The notes beneath the pieces were generated by a model. That model was not told the DNA's origin and searched no databases. It was given only the letters and a program-made list of their open reading frames with translations. A stretch of 62,911 bases of DNA, the filler included, from Streblomastix strix (taxonomy: Eukaryota): assembly GCA_008636045.1 (NCBI GenBank). It is 2 parts of 2 records of this genome, joined end to end, with 100 filler letters (N's around TTAATTAATTAA, not from the genome) between each part and the next. Parts side by side here need not be neighbours in the genome. Positions count along the whole stretch, not along the records: positions 1 to 31,433 come from SNRW01000081.1; 1 more part is not named here. One strand, 5' to 3'. Of the stretch, positions 12,423 to 24,101 are shown piece after piece. A program made the position numbers and the translations under genes. Numbering within the stretch: the stretch's first letter is position 1; the number at the start of each line of letters is the position of its first letter.

Positions 12423-13419
12423 TACTTATAACATGTTAGATGAATATAAAATTCGTCCATTAACGCTTAAATCAATCTTCCTTATTAACGCAAATCATTA
12501 TATTGTAGGTGCAGTTGGAAGTGGTAAAACAACATTAATGAGTAAACTAATTGTATTATATAAACATATAATTAACCCCTATATACTATACTTCTCAAAT
12601 CTTGGACCAGATAAAAGTATGTCATTAAATATGAATTATAAAAATATATAAATTAATAACATAACTTATGATGATGCGATGATGTTCATACCTTAATTCG
12701 ATGAGATTAAATACAAAGTTAAAGAGATATATACCTATTGGAAATTAAAGCAAATGAAAATTAAGTAATACAGTGATTACATTAAATAGCTTAAATAGAA
12801 TATGATCGATGAAAATGAAATTAAAAAGAATGAATCATATTAATAGTTTAAAGCTAGAATGAAAGAATAGTTTAAGATCTATTGCATTGAAACAATTAAC
12901 GAATATAGTTAATAAAGCAGGGTTATGTAATATGTTATCCCATTATTAGTTCAAAATGTTAGTTAATAGAATAAGTTAAAAATTATTAACACATAAGAAG
13001 TAGATAAAGATGGAGTATCAATAATTAAAATACTAAAATTACCTATACTTTAAAATGCCCGATTATTATCTATATTAATGTTCTTTGATGATATTGGATC
13101 TAATACAGATATATAAAGATATACTTCATAGTTATCTCGTACAATAACTCATCTCGTTAGTGATAGTAGACACTCTAAAAATACACTTTTCTTTGTTGCT
13201 TAACGAATGTAATACTTGTTCAAAACTGCACGAATATTATGCCTTGTAATAGGGCTTGAGGTTAGTTTAGGTGAGAGTGATTTAAAATAAATTTATAATG
13301 AGAATATTATAAATACATTAATGGAGTAAGAGCTATTGATATTATATAACACATTGAATAAGTATGAGTTTATTGTTATCAATAAGTGGTTGCAAAGATT
13401 TGAAATAATTAGATAGTGA
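12388..13419 (+). CDS. A32-like (FtsK-HerA) genome-packaging ATPase, 343 aa, open frame
   Basis: Walker A GAVGSGKT, Walker B LMFFDD, then SRH..TLFFVAQ..Y..KTAR, typical of A32 packaging ATPases. Confidence 0.9.
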
Positions 13420-13431
13420 CTGTGTCACCAG
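13411..13431 (+). repeat. GTGAC-nnn-GTCAC hairpin copy 2, overlapping the ATPase stop codon
   Basis: AGA TAG TGA CTGTGTCACCAG. Confidence 0.75.
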
Positions 13432-13689
13432 AACCATCAGTTTTAATGAAATCATGCTTTTATCAAACTATATTGCTAAGAATACTCGAAGAGTCTTAGC
13501 CTAAAGGCAATCTATGATTATTATTTTAGTTATAAATGATCTGGGAAATAATTAGCAGTGTTTCATTAATGATAATAGCTATTATCAATCTACTAGGCTA
13601 TATATTAACGTTATAATAGATTTCAATTGATAATGAAGAGATTAGTAATGAAGTAAGAAACTCAATTTACTCATAATTATTAATTATAT

Positions 13690-14706
13690 ATAGCATAAAA
13701 ATCACATCGTTATACACAAAAATCATTAGGTAAATAATACTAGCATATAGCATTAATTTTAATATGCCAATTGGGATCAATATATCAATCAATAGCAATC
13801 GGATTAGTCCATACAACTGGTGTAGTTGCTTACTTAGTTATATACATAACGGCATTAAGTGAGATATTACGAGGTGTTCCACTGAACTTGGGTCTAGCTT
13901 AATCATACATAAGAGAGAATAAGGTATAAGCAGTATTCCATTAAGTACTAGGGTTAGAGTGAGTTATTGCTATAGAACTATATCCACGGTTATTTTATAA
14001 GGTTAATGTACCCTAAGTGAACGTATCAAATACACCAATACCGAGTACTTATTATATAGTATAATCAATAGGCTTAGGTGCTATAATCTCGTTATTGAAT
14101 TTAAGTGATGTACAATCGAAATCTATAATCAATCCCTTGTAATCACAAGCTTAATCTTCTTATTTTTGTATCCAAAATTATGATGAAGTTGATCCAGCTT
14201 TCCATACACCATCTCTATCTATGGGGTCAGTGTTACAACCAGTTAAAACGAAGCTATCCCAATTCGCTTTAATTTTCATTATTCTGATACCCTAATCTAA
14301 TATATTATTATTTGGTTCGATAATCAATTACTCCATCGCATAAGAATAGTTTTTAGGTAAAAAATCACATACATCAGTTGTATCTCCATTAGCTAGAAGT
14401 AATTAGTTATCAGTTCCATTAGTTTTTATAAATTAATTAGCATAGATTGAGTTGGAAAATTATTTATACCCTGTTACTGTTTGATCAGTATCTAGTATCA
14501 TTAAATCGGATATATTAACATTCTTAGTTTTCATATATTAGCTAAAGTAAGTAAACAGTTTAATAATCTCAGTATCAATGAAAGAGATTACTTATTTTTA
14601 TAGCTTCTCTAATTACATTATTTCGTCTTATTTTTGTTATATCTCTTACAGTTTTTTTTTACATCTTAATTATATCCTCTTCAGTTGGTTCGATCAATGA
14701 TTCCAT
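13690..14706 (-). pseudogene. Tail-fibre-like virion protein 2, disrupted; 3' end approximate
   Basis: N-terminal coiled coil with a +1 slip in the A9 run (14652-14660), then DTDQTVTGYKQF..FIKTNGTDNQLLLANG and a beta-rich C-terminus. TGA at 13785-13787. Confidence 0.6.
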
Positions 14707-14746
14707 TTGTTTAAAAATAAAGGATACAATAGTTGAACGAAGAGAA

Positions 14747-15389
14747 TCAGAATTCATTTATATCAATTTCTTATTATGGCTTATCAGATAGTCTAATGAA
14801 GTCTTTGTTAATGCGATATAGTTTCTCAACAGAGTTCCACAGCACATTATCAAGTACACTAATGCTTACATTTTTAATTAATACATCCATTACTCTAACA
14901 AGGTCATTCTTCTTATATTTCTTTGCCATACATGAATGTGATTACATTAATGGTTCCTCTAATACAATTTCAATATCTTCTTCAGTTTCTTATGTTATCA
15001 ATGACCAAAATTTAATGAAGTTATCGCTATTCAATATAAAATTATCTCCTAGCTTTCTTTATGTAGTTAATCTCCATATACAATCAATAACAAATTTAAG
15101 TACCTCTAGATTAGGATGTGCTAAGAATGTATTTTTAACTATTTCCTCGGGTTCAACTTAAGCAGTCTCTCGTTCTACTTCTTTGTATTTATTATTATTG
15201 TAATGTCTCTTAGGCCTTAACTTCATTCTTAGTGGTGTCATCTTTAATTTCGCTTTAGCTCAACCGTTAGGTTTCTTATTATTGAGCAGATAAATTTCTC
15301 AAGGCTTAATCAATTGACTACAATCTAAATTTATCTTCTTCCGTTAATTCTTTCTTCATTTCTTCTATTTATTTCTTTGATTTACTCAT
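14747..15389 (-). pseudogene. Viral hypothetical protein with one frameshift
   Basis: MSKSKKQIEEMKKELTEEDKFRL...FLAHPNLEVLKFVIDCIWRL...; the span is not a multiple of 3. Confidence 0.5.
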
Positions 15390-15453
15390 ACGCAGTTGAT
15401 TCCTCTCGATGCTTGAAATCATTTAAATCGATTAAAAATTTTATCATTGATAA

Positions 15454-16046
15454 ATGGATAAATCACAAGCCTTAAGAAAATTAAAAGAAGGCAGTACAAC
15501 ATTTGAAAATTTCAATGGAAGATATTTAATGTAAATAGGTAAGTAGATTAAAATAGTTGAATATGGTTAGAAGGTTCCTAAAATATTAACATAAACTTAG
15601 TAAAATAAATTGCTATAAATGCCTGTATAATCGAAGATTCATAAGAAACGCTAATAAAATAATAAGAAAAGCAATTAATGTATCAAGATGATGATGATGA
15701 AAGTGAAGAAGAATGAGAGATATAAGTACCAGTCAACGAAGCTGGCTTTGCAAAGTAAGTAATTAAAAAGAAGGTTAAATAAATTTAAAAATAACCCACT
15801 ATTAAATATTCTACTCCATAGATAGATCTTGAAGAGCTAATTAAATTGAGAACTGAAAATTAATTAATCAAGGAATCACATATCGAAGCATAAAAGTAAA
15901 TTAATAAATATAAGAATAAATTAAAATCAATGAATTAAGTAAAAGAACCTATTATTGAAGAAACATTTAAAGAAGAACAAGAAATGAAAGAGCCAATTTA
16001 AGATTAAGTTAGTGAAAGATATTTTAATGAGTTTGAGTTATATTGA
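15454..16046 (+). pseudogene. Viral charged/coiled-coil protein, disrupted
   Basis: MDKSQALRKLKEGSTTFENFNGRYL..., with a frameshift near 15670 and a TGA near 15714. Confidence 0.45.
15729..15762 (+). repeat. Copy 3 of the dispersed micro-repeat
   Basis: ccagtcaacgaagctggctttgcaaagtaagtaa. Confidence 0.7.
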
Positions 16047-16455
16047 CGATTAACACTTTAGTGCTAAGCAGCATAGTTGTTTATTTTTACAACATCCATT
16101 TCATTATCTGCATCGACTATCTATACTTTGTCATCTTCATAATTACTGCAAATTATTAATTTTGATAATCACCGCACCCCTCTCCCTTTGATGAATAGTT
16201 CAAATCATTGAAATTAATCATTTAGTAAGAATGACATTTTAAGTTTGTATATACAATGTATTGATGTAAATGAGTTTCTGCCTAGGTAGAAATGGTGATT
16301 TAGGCTGTGATTTGAGTGGGACGTTATTTTTAAAAAATTAGAGTTATTATAGATATTTATACCCGTTATTTCTGTGGAGTACTGGCGCTGGGTTTATTTG
16401 TGTGATTATCTATAAGATTTTAAAAATAGTGCCAATTTCGCCATTAATATCTTCT

Positions 16456-16775
16456 CACATGTAATAAAAAATTGTAAAGATCAACGAAAGGATATATTTA
16501 TTACTAAGATCAAAAGATATTATCTAAAGTCAGAATACAATAACTTACTTGAATTATCACCCATCTTTAGAAATATTGAGATAGAAAACAACGATGAAGT
16601 GATAGGTGAATATATATATTCAGAAGCACAAAAACATTCAATACCAATGATTAACAAAGATAGAAAACTAACATTATTACTTGATACTAATGATAAATTT
16701 ATTGTATATAATAACAATTATCTTTGGCTTCCTATTGATCTTGGTTTCATCATTACGATTAAAACGCTATTACAG
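16456..16775 (+). pseudogene. Internal fragment of a second pPolB-like gene
   Basis: YNNLLELSPIFRNIEIEN..VIGEYIY..KDRKLTLLLDTN..NNYLWL..DLGFII resembles the region between motifs A and B of Polinton polymerases. No catalytic motif is present. Confidence 0.55.
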
Positions 16776-16851
16776 TAGAAGGGTGATATCTCTTTTCTAT
16801 GTAAAAATGATATTTACGTGAATTAATCAATGGAAAATTAAGAGATGATGA

Positions 16852-17376
16852 TCATTTTTGTTATACATTATACTCTTCATCATTAAACTTGTAAATAAAC
16901 ACTTTGTTATCATTATCTTCAATGTACTATTCTAGCTCAGCTATTTTATCTTCCTTAATCTTATATAATCTAAAATGTTTCTTCATACGATGTAGTCGTA
17001 TAGTTTCACAGTTCTTAGGAATTTATAATCTGAAATTTCCTGGCTTAAAAGAATCAGGACAGTATTATTGAGCTTCATCACATAACCAACAAACTTTTAA
17101 CTATTTATAATATTTAATACAGAATCAATCTATGTCAATTAATGATATCTCGATAATTTATTTCTTAGCCTCAATCATTGATATGATTCAAGGGTCAAAT
17201 TATGAAATATCTAATTTAAGAAAGTATATTATTAGATTATCATAAAAACTTTCTTGATTTATGTTCTGAAATAGATTCTTGAAGTAACCAGTATTCTTCG
17301 TATATTTAAAATACAACTTATTCATCTGTATATTCCATTTTCCCTAAAATATATTAAATTTGATTTTTACTTGCAT
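16852..17376 (-). pseudogene. C-terminal fragment of a D5-like primase-helicase, two TGAs
   Basis: FYDNLIIYFLKLDISQFDP*IISMIEAKKQIIE resembles the FdPr.iP.teaK segment that follows the SF3 helicase domain. No Walker A is retained. Confidence 0.5.
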
Positions 17377-18205
17377 ATAAAAATGAAATCATTTTATCTT
17401 TTAAGTATTTTTGTTAAGTGTGCAATATGTGATATTTTCCGCATTTCCGCCGATATAAGTGTCATAGGTGTAAGGGCAATTATCTCGTAGGATCCTCAAT
17501 CAATATATTTTTTGTAACAGGTAGATTAGGTAATGCTGTATATATTTTCTAGCATGTAGACATTGAAATGAGCTCGTAAACTCTTTCTAATTTATATTTT
17601 CAATATATTTAGTCTTAATATTTCCTATTCATTGCTATAAGTATGGAGAATGGTAATTTTTCAATCATGGATTCTTGAGTTAATAAGAAAAGCTGTTTTA
17701 AAGAATCAATTAGCACTAGGATCATCACATGCATAAACAGATAAAATGTGGATATTCAATTCATCAGTAGTTACCCTTGATTGGGGAGATGTCCTTGAAT
17801 TAGAAGGAAGACTAATTGGAGCTAAAGAAGCTAGATCTCTATTTGCTACAGATCAAAAGTGATTAATGGTAATAAAAGGATGTTTAATAATATATAACTA
17901 CTTCAACTTGGTCCAACTTTTCAGTCAAAAACTCTATTGAAATTATTTATATAAATTTTTGCTTCAATCCCAAACTTTTATGGAGTTTGTGAATCGATTA
18001 CTGAAATTCATGTATCATATATTTTCTTTATCACATCTCCTTTATCAATCTCCTGGAAATGCCATCACGCAACTTTGACAAGAAAATAGGTGAATTGTTG
18101 ACAATGGTATCTAATAAGCTAATGGGCATGAGATGCTAGCAATCATTCACGGGAGGATATGCTCAAGCAGTTCGTTGATTGAATTTGAAATAAGAAAAAA
18201 GGATA

Positions 18206-19786
18206 CAGTCAGTCCTAATTCTCAGTTATTTGCTAATTTTCAGAAAAAATAAAAATAATATGTTGCGAATTATTAAACGATATAAGTATATTTATCATTT
18301 TATTATTACAAATTGTGAAAATATAAAATTATAGTTTGAAAAAATTCAACAAATAACTCAATCATCCAGAAGGTCGCAGTTGAAAACGCCAAAATCTGAT
18401 TATTTTCTTTTGCGAGTTTACTTTGTGCCAAAGTTTTGCGAGAGTCTGCTATCCTTTTTGCACTACGCTATAATTGGTTCTAATGCGGTATGATTGAAAT
18501 GAACTTTGATTATTTCATAGTCGCTGTTTATTTTTAATCCTACTTTTTTGAAAGAATTTTCGAACGCTGTTTCCATCACAAACATCTAATATGCTGATGC
18601 TGATAACTTAATTATGTCCTAAATTGAATCATAGAATTAATTACCACATAGTTATAACAAATGATGTTTTTATCCGCCGAAGACGTCGACATCCAAAACT
18701 TGAAGATAATGTTTAGAATTTGGAAGAGTTCTAACTAGCACAATGTTGTTTGCACTTAATAACTCTAATATTTCTTATGTTATATGATATTTACAATTAT
18801 CTGATAACAGATACCCCCTCTGTTGGGGGCAGCCGAACTCATCACCCATTTTCTCGAAATATGGTATGAGGAATTCCTTTACAAGTTCAATTAATAGAGC
18901 GGGTCATTGTTGCCTCCTTTTTATCTAAATTTTTTGATATCGATAAGTTTCTTCACTACATAGAAAGGAATGAAGTGTTCGAGTCCCATCGTTATTGAAA
19001 CAAATAAGCTGAACCTAGGTACTTCTATCAACAGGATGGTGTGCAGATCCTTCTCCAACTTGTTTAAACGTTAAATTTCTTAAGATTTCATATAATAAAA
19101 GACAGTATACCCTCTCTCGTCAATGTGATCAATGAAGTAAATATTTTCGCCTTCAAACTATTAATATTGAATTGTACCTTGATCATTAATGTCCATTTCT
19201 TTTATTTTCATTCTTGGAGCTTCAATTTTTGTAGCAGTTTCTTGTTTAATTTCATCTGGATGGCGATTAATCAGCGATTTTTGGAACGAATGGCCAACAG
19301 AGTGGTCAGCTTCCTCCTCTACCTGTTCTGTGAGCTTAACTGGAGAAATTTATTTGCCTTATGCATCTTTATCTCGAAATATCTCAATAACTTTTGTTTC
19401 TTGCTACGGTGATAAAGTAACATTGGCTTTAATAGCGACTTTTTATAAATTCGTCCTATGGGCGCCTCAGGAAATTGCAGAAGATTTGCATCCAATTATT
19501 TCAGACAGTAGTAGTCCTGTCAATCGCGGGATGACCTTTTGGTTTTTTAGTGTTACGATCTTCCTTATGAATTCGTCCTTGCTTCTAAATTGCTCTTTTT
19601 CGAGTATTCTCTGCAATGCGGGGAAATCAAAAAGTTTGATATGAGGATCGAACTTCATTATGATGCATCTGACGTCTATGAATAGGCTCCCTTCAGATTT
19701 CGGCATAATTATCAAGAAATTTATTTGAATTTAAATAGGCCCCAAAATGATAAAATTAACAAATAACTAGGAACTAGCACTGACTG
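18206..19786. mobile_element. pogo/Tigger-type (Tc1/mariner superfamily) DNA transposon, 1581 bp
   Basis: Imperfect 35-bp TIRs (cagtcagtcctaattctcagttatttgctaatttt at 18206-18240, inverted copy at 19752-19786), each flanked by TA, with an internal DDE_1 transposase. Confidence 0.9.
18358..19706 (-). pseudogene. pogo-family DDE_1 transposase, disrupted
   Basis: IDERG, YLLSDNCKYH and LPNSKHYLQVLDVDVFG correspond to DETG, D..H and LQPLD. TGA at 19467-19469 plus frameshifts. Confidence 0.85.
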
Positions 19787-20129
19787 TATTTTAATTTATT
19801 GGCCATTTTATTTAGCATTTAACTATTTTTTATTCAACATTTTAACCAGCTTTAACTTTATATTTTATTTTTTTTTTTTAATTAACGTTTTTTTAATTTA
19901 ACTTTAATCTTTTTGTCCGATGCGAGAATTTCTATGCTTAATTACGCAGTTATTTAATTTTGTTTTTATTTTTATACACCATTTGCCTATGGGGAGTTTC
20001 ATTTGCTGACTCTCTTCTCACCTACTTTAAATTTTAAAAACAAGATTTCGTCTATTTTTCTGCTGGATCTCTTGTTGTGAATCCAGATTTATCAATTCTT
20101 TCTACCTTTCTTTTTTTTCCTTAGTGGCC

Positions 20130-23100
20130 TCCCCATTGGAAACATTGCTTGGGGAATGGCCAAAAGAATCACTTCAAATAGTTGATGGCAATCACTCAAT
20201 AAAGGCGAAGTTGCCGCACATTAATATAAATCCTTTAAAAGAAGAAGGAATCAAAAGAAAGTTAAGATGTTGAATCTTGAAAAATATTGTAACATACTTA
20301 AAAATTAAAATATACTTATACATAATTTAATATTAAATAGTGTTCATATCCACAAATAGATATTTCAAAATTCATTATTAGAATAAATAAGTAAAATGCA
20401 TTCACACAAACTTGTCATTATCAACAAAATCAAATATTCATGCAAAAAGCAAGTATTTAACACCCATTGATGACAATTAAGATAATTTATGATTTTTCTT
20501 GTTTTCCCAGCCATATAACATAAGTTCCAAATTGTATTATTTATATTTACAAAGAAAGTATATATTAATAACTATATTTTGATTTATTTATAGATTTCAC
20601 TGAAAATGATGATGAATACTTCGCTGTTCAAGTCTAGGCCGAAGAAAATCATTCAATTGCATGGTGGATTAGCTACACTGAAGAAAGAAAACAATATTTT
20701 ATCTATAAAGTAACATATTAATTAAATGCTTGCCAATGACACATATATTATCTCACCTGCAAGCGTTAAAACATAAATTGACGATTAAATATCAAAAGAA
20801 GAATCAAACAAATCCCCCTTAATTAAATCTGCAGAAGCAAATTCATAAACGTTCAAAGAGAATATCACATGCTCTATATTGAATGAAGACAATAGTCAAA
20901 AAATCATCAATGCTAAGTAAAATATTCAAATAAGCAAACCTTCCGAACCAGAATCTGCCAAAATGAATTAAAGAGAAGAAAACAATCAAAACGCTATTAT
21001 TGACAAGCCTTCCGAACCAGAAGTTGCTAAAAAGAACTAAAGAGAGGAGATTACTATCAATCAAAGCTCTATCAGTGATAAATCTTCTGAACAAGAATCA
21101 GCCAAAAATAATTAAAGAGAAGAATTTACTAGGAATCAAAATATCATAGAAAATGAAGTGAATCTTGAATAGCAGTAAAAACTTAATGAATGCATAAAAG
21201 AAGAGATATGTGAAACACCAGAAAAGAAGAAGGAGGCAAAAAAGAAAAAAGCTAAATTAAATAAAAATATGGAGAAGATTTCAAAAGAAGAAAACCAAAT
21301 TTAGCCGATTTAAACAAGTTTAAATAAGACAAATATAAATAATAAAGAGAAAGAAATCAAAAAATTGAATTGTAAAGCATTAGAAAAAGTTTCATAGGAA
21401 AAGAAAGAAAAAATTGAAATAAAGGAAAATAAACCAAAAAAGGTATAAAATACGTTCAAATCAAGAGAAGAATAGTTTTAAATGATTGCAAAAGACTTTG
21501 AAGTTGGAGATGAGGTTGTATTTGTTAGAAGCGCATATGAGGCTTTTGCTTAATATTATAGTACTGAGGAGAAGAATGAAGATTAAGAATTTAATATAGC
21601 ATTAAGACATTTTTCTGCTCTTATAAATGAATCACTATAATTTATTGCAGATCTTTCAATAGAAGACAGATGTATCAATGCTACAGTTCAAAGTGTTTAG
21701 TAAGTTGATGATATCATTTAATCAAGCATGAAATTCAGAAAATTGAGGAAGATAAACTTATAATTTAGTAGGAAATCAAATATTCACATTAAAAGCAATG
21801 ATACATAATCATTTTATGTTTTCTTACTGCCTTTTATTGAATCTGATATTGCACCTCATATTGTCCCACAGAAGCATTTTGATACAAGTATAAGGGAATG
21901 GAAAGTTGGTTCTCACTTTTCTGTTCCTTTTGTTGACCCTAATACATAGGAGATAATTTGGGATGAAGGACGAATTTTCAGAGATAATAGCAAAGAGGAA
22001 GGGAAGAATGATCCGTATAATGCATATGATGTGATGTGGTATGAAGTAAACTCTATAACAGGTCAATGGATGATCTCTTTATTACAAAATGCACCAAGAA
22101 TGAGTGCTTGGGAATTATATCCAAGTAAAGAGTTTACAAGAACTGATGACTTGAAGAGCATAAGATTTCATATGATAAACGAAATGCCATTTCCAATGGA
22201 CTTACTCAAACCAAATTAGATTGAAAAAGATCAAAATAAATTTGACGAATCATAAATAAATATGACATAGTTATTCAGATTTATAATTGAAGAAATTGAA
22301 TAATGCGAAGGGAGTGCAATATTTAACAAGCTTATTACAGATGAATAGGCTCCAGGTTACAGTTTGAAGATTTCGAAACCAATCTGCCTGGAAATAATAA
22401 AATCAAAAATTCAAAATGATGAAACAATTGATAATATCACATCAAACACCATAACTTATAATTATCCAACATGGAATGAATTTGCTTCAGATATTCGATT
22501 AATGTTTAACAACTGCCTTTCATTCAACATCGAACAAAGGTTTGAAAATACAATCGCTAAACTTGTTAGCTCTATATTTGAAACTAGAGATAAATAAGTT
22601 AGATAAATCATACAATAGATGAAAAATAATGGAGGAATGATACATATTATTAAAGAAGTTAATAGAAATTAATCACCTGAAAATAAAAGATAGAAAAAGG
22701 GAAGAAAAACAAAATCATAAACTGAAATGGCTGAAAAAAATGCTTCTAATAAAAGGAAAAGACGCAGATTAAACGAAGAAGATGAATTTGAATGGTAAGA
22801 AGATTGGACAGAGGAAAAAAGCTCTTCAGATGACGAAGATTGCTAAAAGAAAAAGAAACGGGGAAAGAAGTCTAATAGTGATACAGAATATGAGGAATAA
22901 GATAATAAATAATCATCATTAAGTGAAAATTCGATCATAAAAACCAATAAAGAAGACTAAGAAGATGATAATAAAATTGAAATTATTGAATAACCGAAAA
23001 AAATTAAAAGAAAAAGAAATTAACATTTAAAGGATTAATAGGAAAAAGAAAATTCTGATGTTTCTAAGGGAAATATTGAGAATTTAGACATGAGAATAGC

Positions 23101-23494
23101 TTCAGAATAAGTTGATTAGCAATAAGAAAAAGATACAGATGAATCTAATATGAAAAAAGACATAGATGAATCTCATATGGAAAAAGAAGAAATTTCAAAA
23201 AATGAAAAATAAGATAATTTGGAGTTGGTTCAAACATCATCTATGCACTTTCTTCCCTCAATTTCATATTCTCTTCCCCATTAATCTCCTGGTATTACAA
23301 CAGAGATTTTAGTTCATAAAGAGAATTCTAGATCAGTAATCAATAATAGTTCAGTCTCCATCTTCAATCCGAATCCCATGGCTGGATTTTCAAGCATCAT
23401 TTCAAAGTAATTCGCACACACGAATAACTAATAACGCAAGACTCAATATCTTGGCGAGGCCTCTACACCACTGGCGTTGGAATTTGAGGAATGA
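20130..23494 (+). CDS. BRWD/PHIP-like Tudor-type domain plus bromodomain chromatin protein; 5' exons uncertain
   Basis: FEVGDEVVFVRSAY, WKVGSHF, DPYNAYDVMW and RMSAWEL, then bromodomain APGYSLKISKPICLEIIKSKI..FASDIRLMFNNCLSFN and a charged tail. Stop at 23492-23494. Confidence 0.75.
20935..21125 (+). repeat. Three degenerate ~69-75 nt coding tandem repeats (KPSEPESAKxNQREE)
   Basis: ccttccgaaccagaa...aaagagaaga units near 20939, 21008 and 21083. Confidence 0.7.
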
Positions 23495-23698
23495 AGACTC
23501 AACAGGACAGCTTTCAGATGTGTAGTGCGCTTCAAAGAAATTCATACATAATTGTTATTTGTTATTTGAATTTTTTTCAAGTAGATGAATGAGAAGTATT
23601 TAATAATCTTTTTATTATTAATAATTATTAATATGCCGATGAGAAGAATAAACTCACAAAGGCTATACTTTTTAGTGAACAAAACAACGAGGAAAGGA

Positions 23699-24101
23699 TC
23701 ATTTCCCTGTTATTTTCTTCTTCTTGTGCTTACTTTTCTTTTCTTTTTCTTTAAGATCTGACTTTGTTGGAAGAATTGCTCTTAAGTAATAACTCATAAA
23801 ATTTGTGTAATCGTTTAAAGATAGCTGCAAAATTTGATATAAGCAATAATAATAATAAAATTTAATTCAAATAATAAATCATTCTTCAAACCAATGCAGA
23901 AACTTTCTTTTTAGAAGTTTTAGCATGAACAAGAACGCGCATTTCTTTATCATCAACTTTTTCAGTGTTTTACTTTCGCTTTAACGCCTTTTACAACTTG
24001 GGTCCAGATAATCTTTTGGATGTCACATAGACAGTCCCTTTTTTCTTGACACTTTCAAAAAGACGCTCCACATCAGTTTTCAGTCGCGCAAGCTCAGCCA
24101 T
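23699..24101 (-). CDS. SRP14: Signal recognition particle 14 kDa subunit; one intron at 23825-23891
   Basis: RLFESVKKKGTVYVTSKR, VLVHAKTSKKKVSAL and a Lys-rich tail LKEKEKKSKHKKKK. Confidence 0.8.

Larger units (their letters stand above)
1..16450. mobile_element. Endogenous Polinton/Maverick-like DNA virus, partly decayed; left end lies outside the window, right end approximate
   Basis: pPolB, rve integrase, A32-like ATPase, capsid-like genes and KilA-N co-occur in a compact intron-free block on both strands. All read in code 6. The terminal inverted repeat and TSD cannot be confirmed because the other end is missing. Confidence 0.9.

Noticed and set aside
14733..15161. 142-aa plus-strand ORF in the track
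   Set aside because: Antisense to a code-6 minus-strand gene, with shadow-type Ser/Phe/Leu composition.
17480..18200. Coding-like stretch before the pogo element
   Set aside because: It has short frames with stops and no recognisable motif, so it cannot be assigned.
19125..19644. Two plus-strand ORFs (95 and 151 aa)
   Set aside because: Antisense to the pogo transposase.
20935..21125. Spaced repeats resembling a CRISPR array
   Set aside because: There are only three degenerate in-frame peptide repeats in a eukaryotic gene, with no cas genes.
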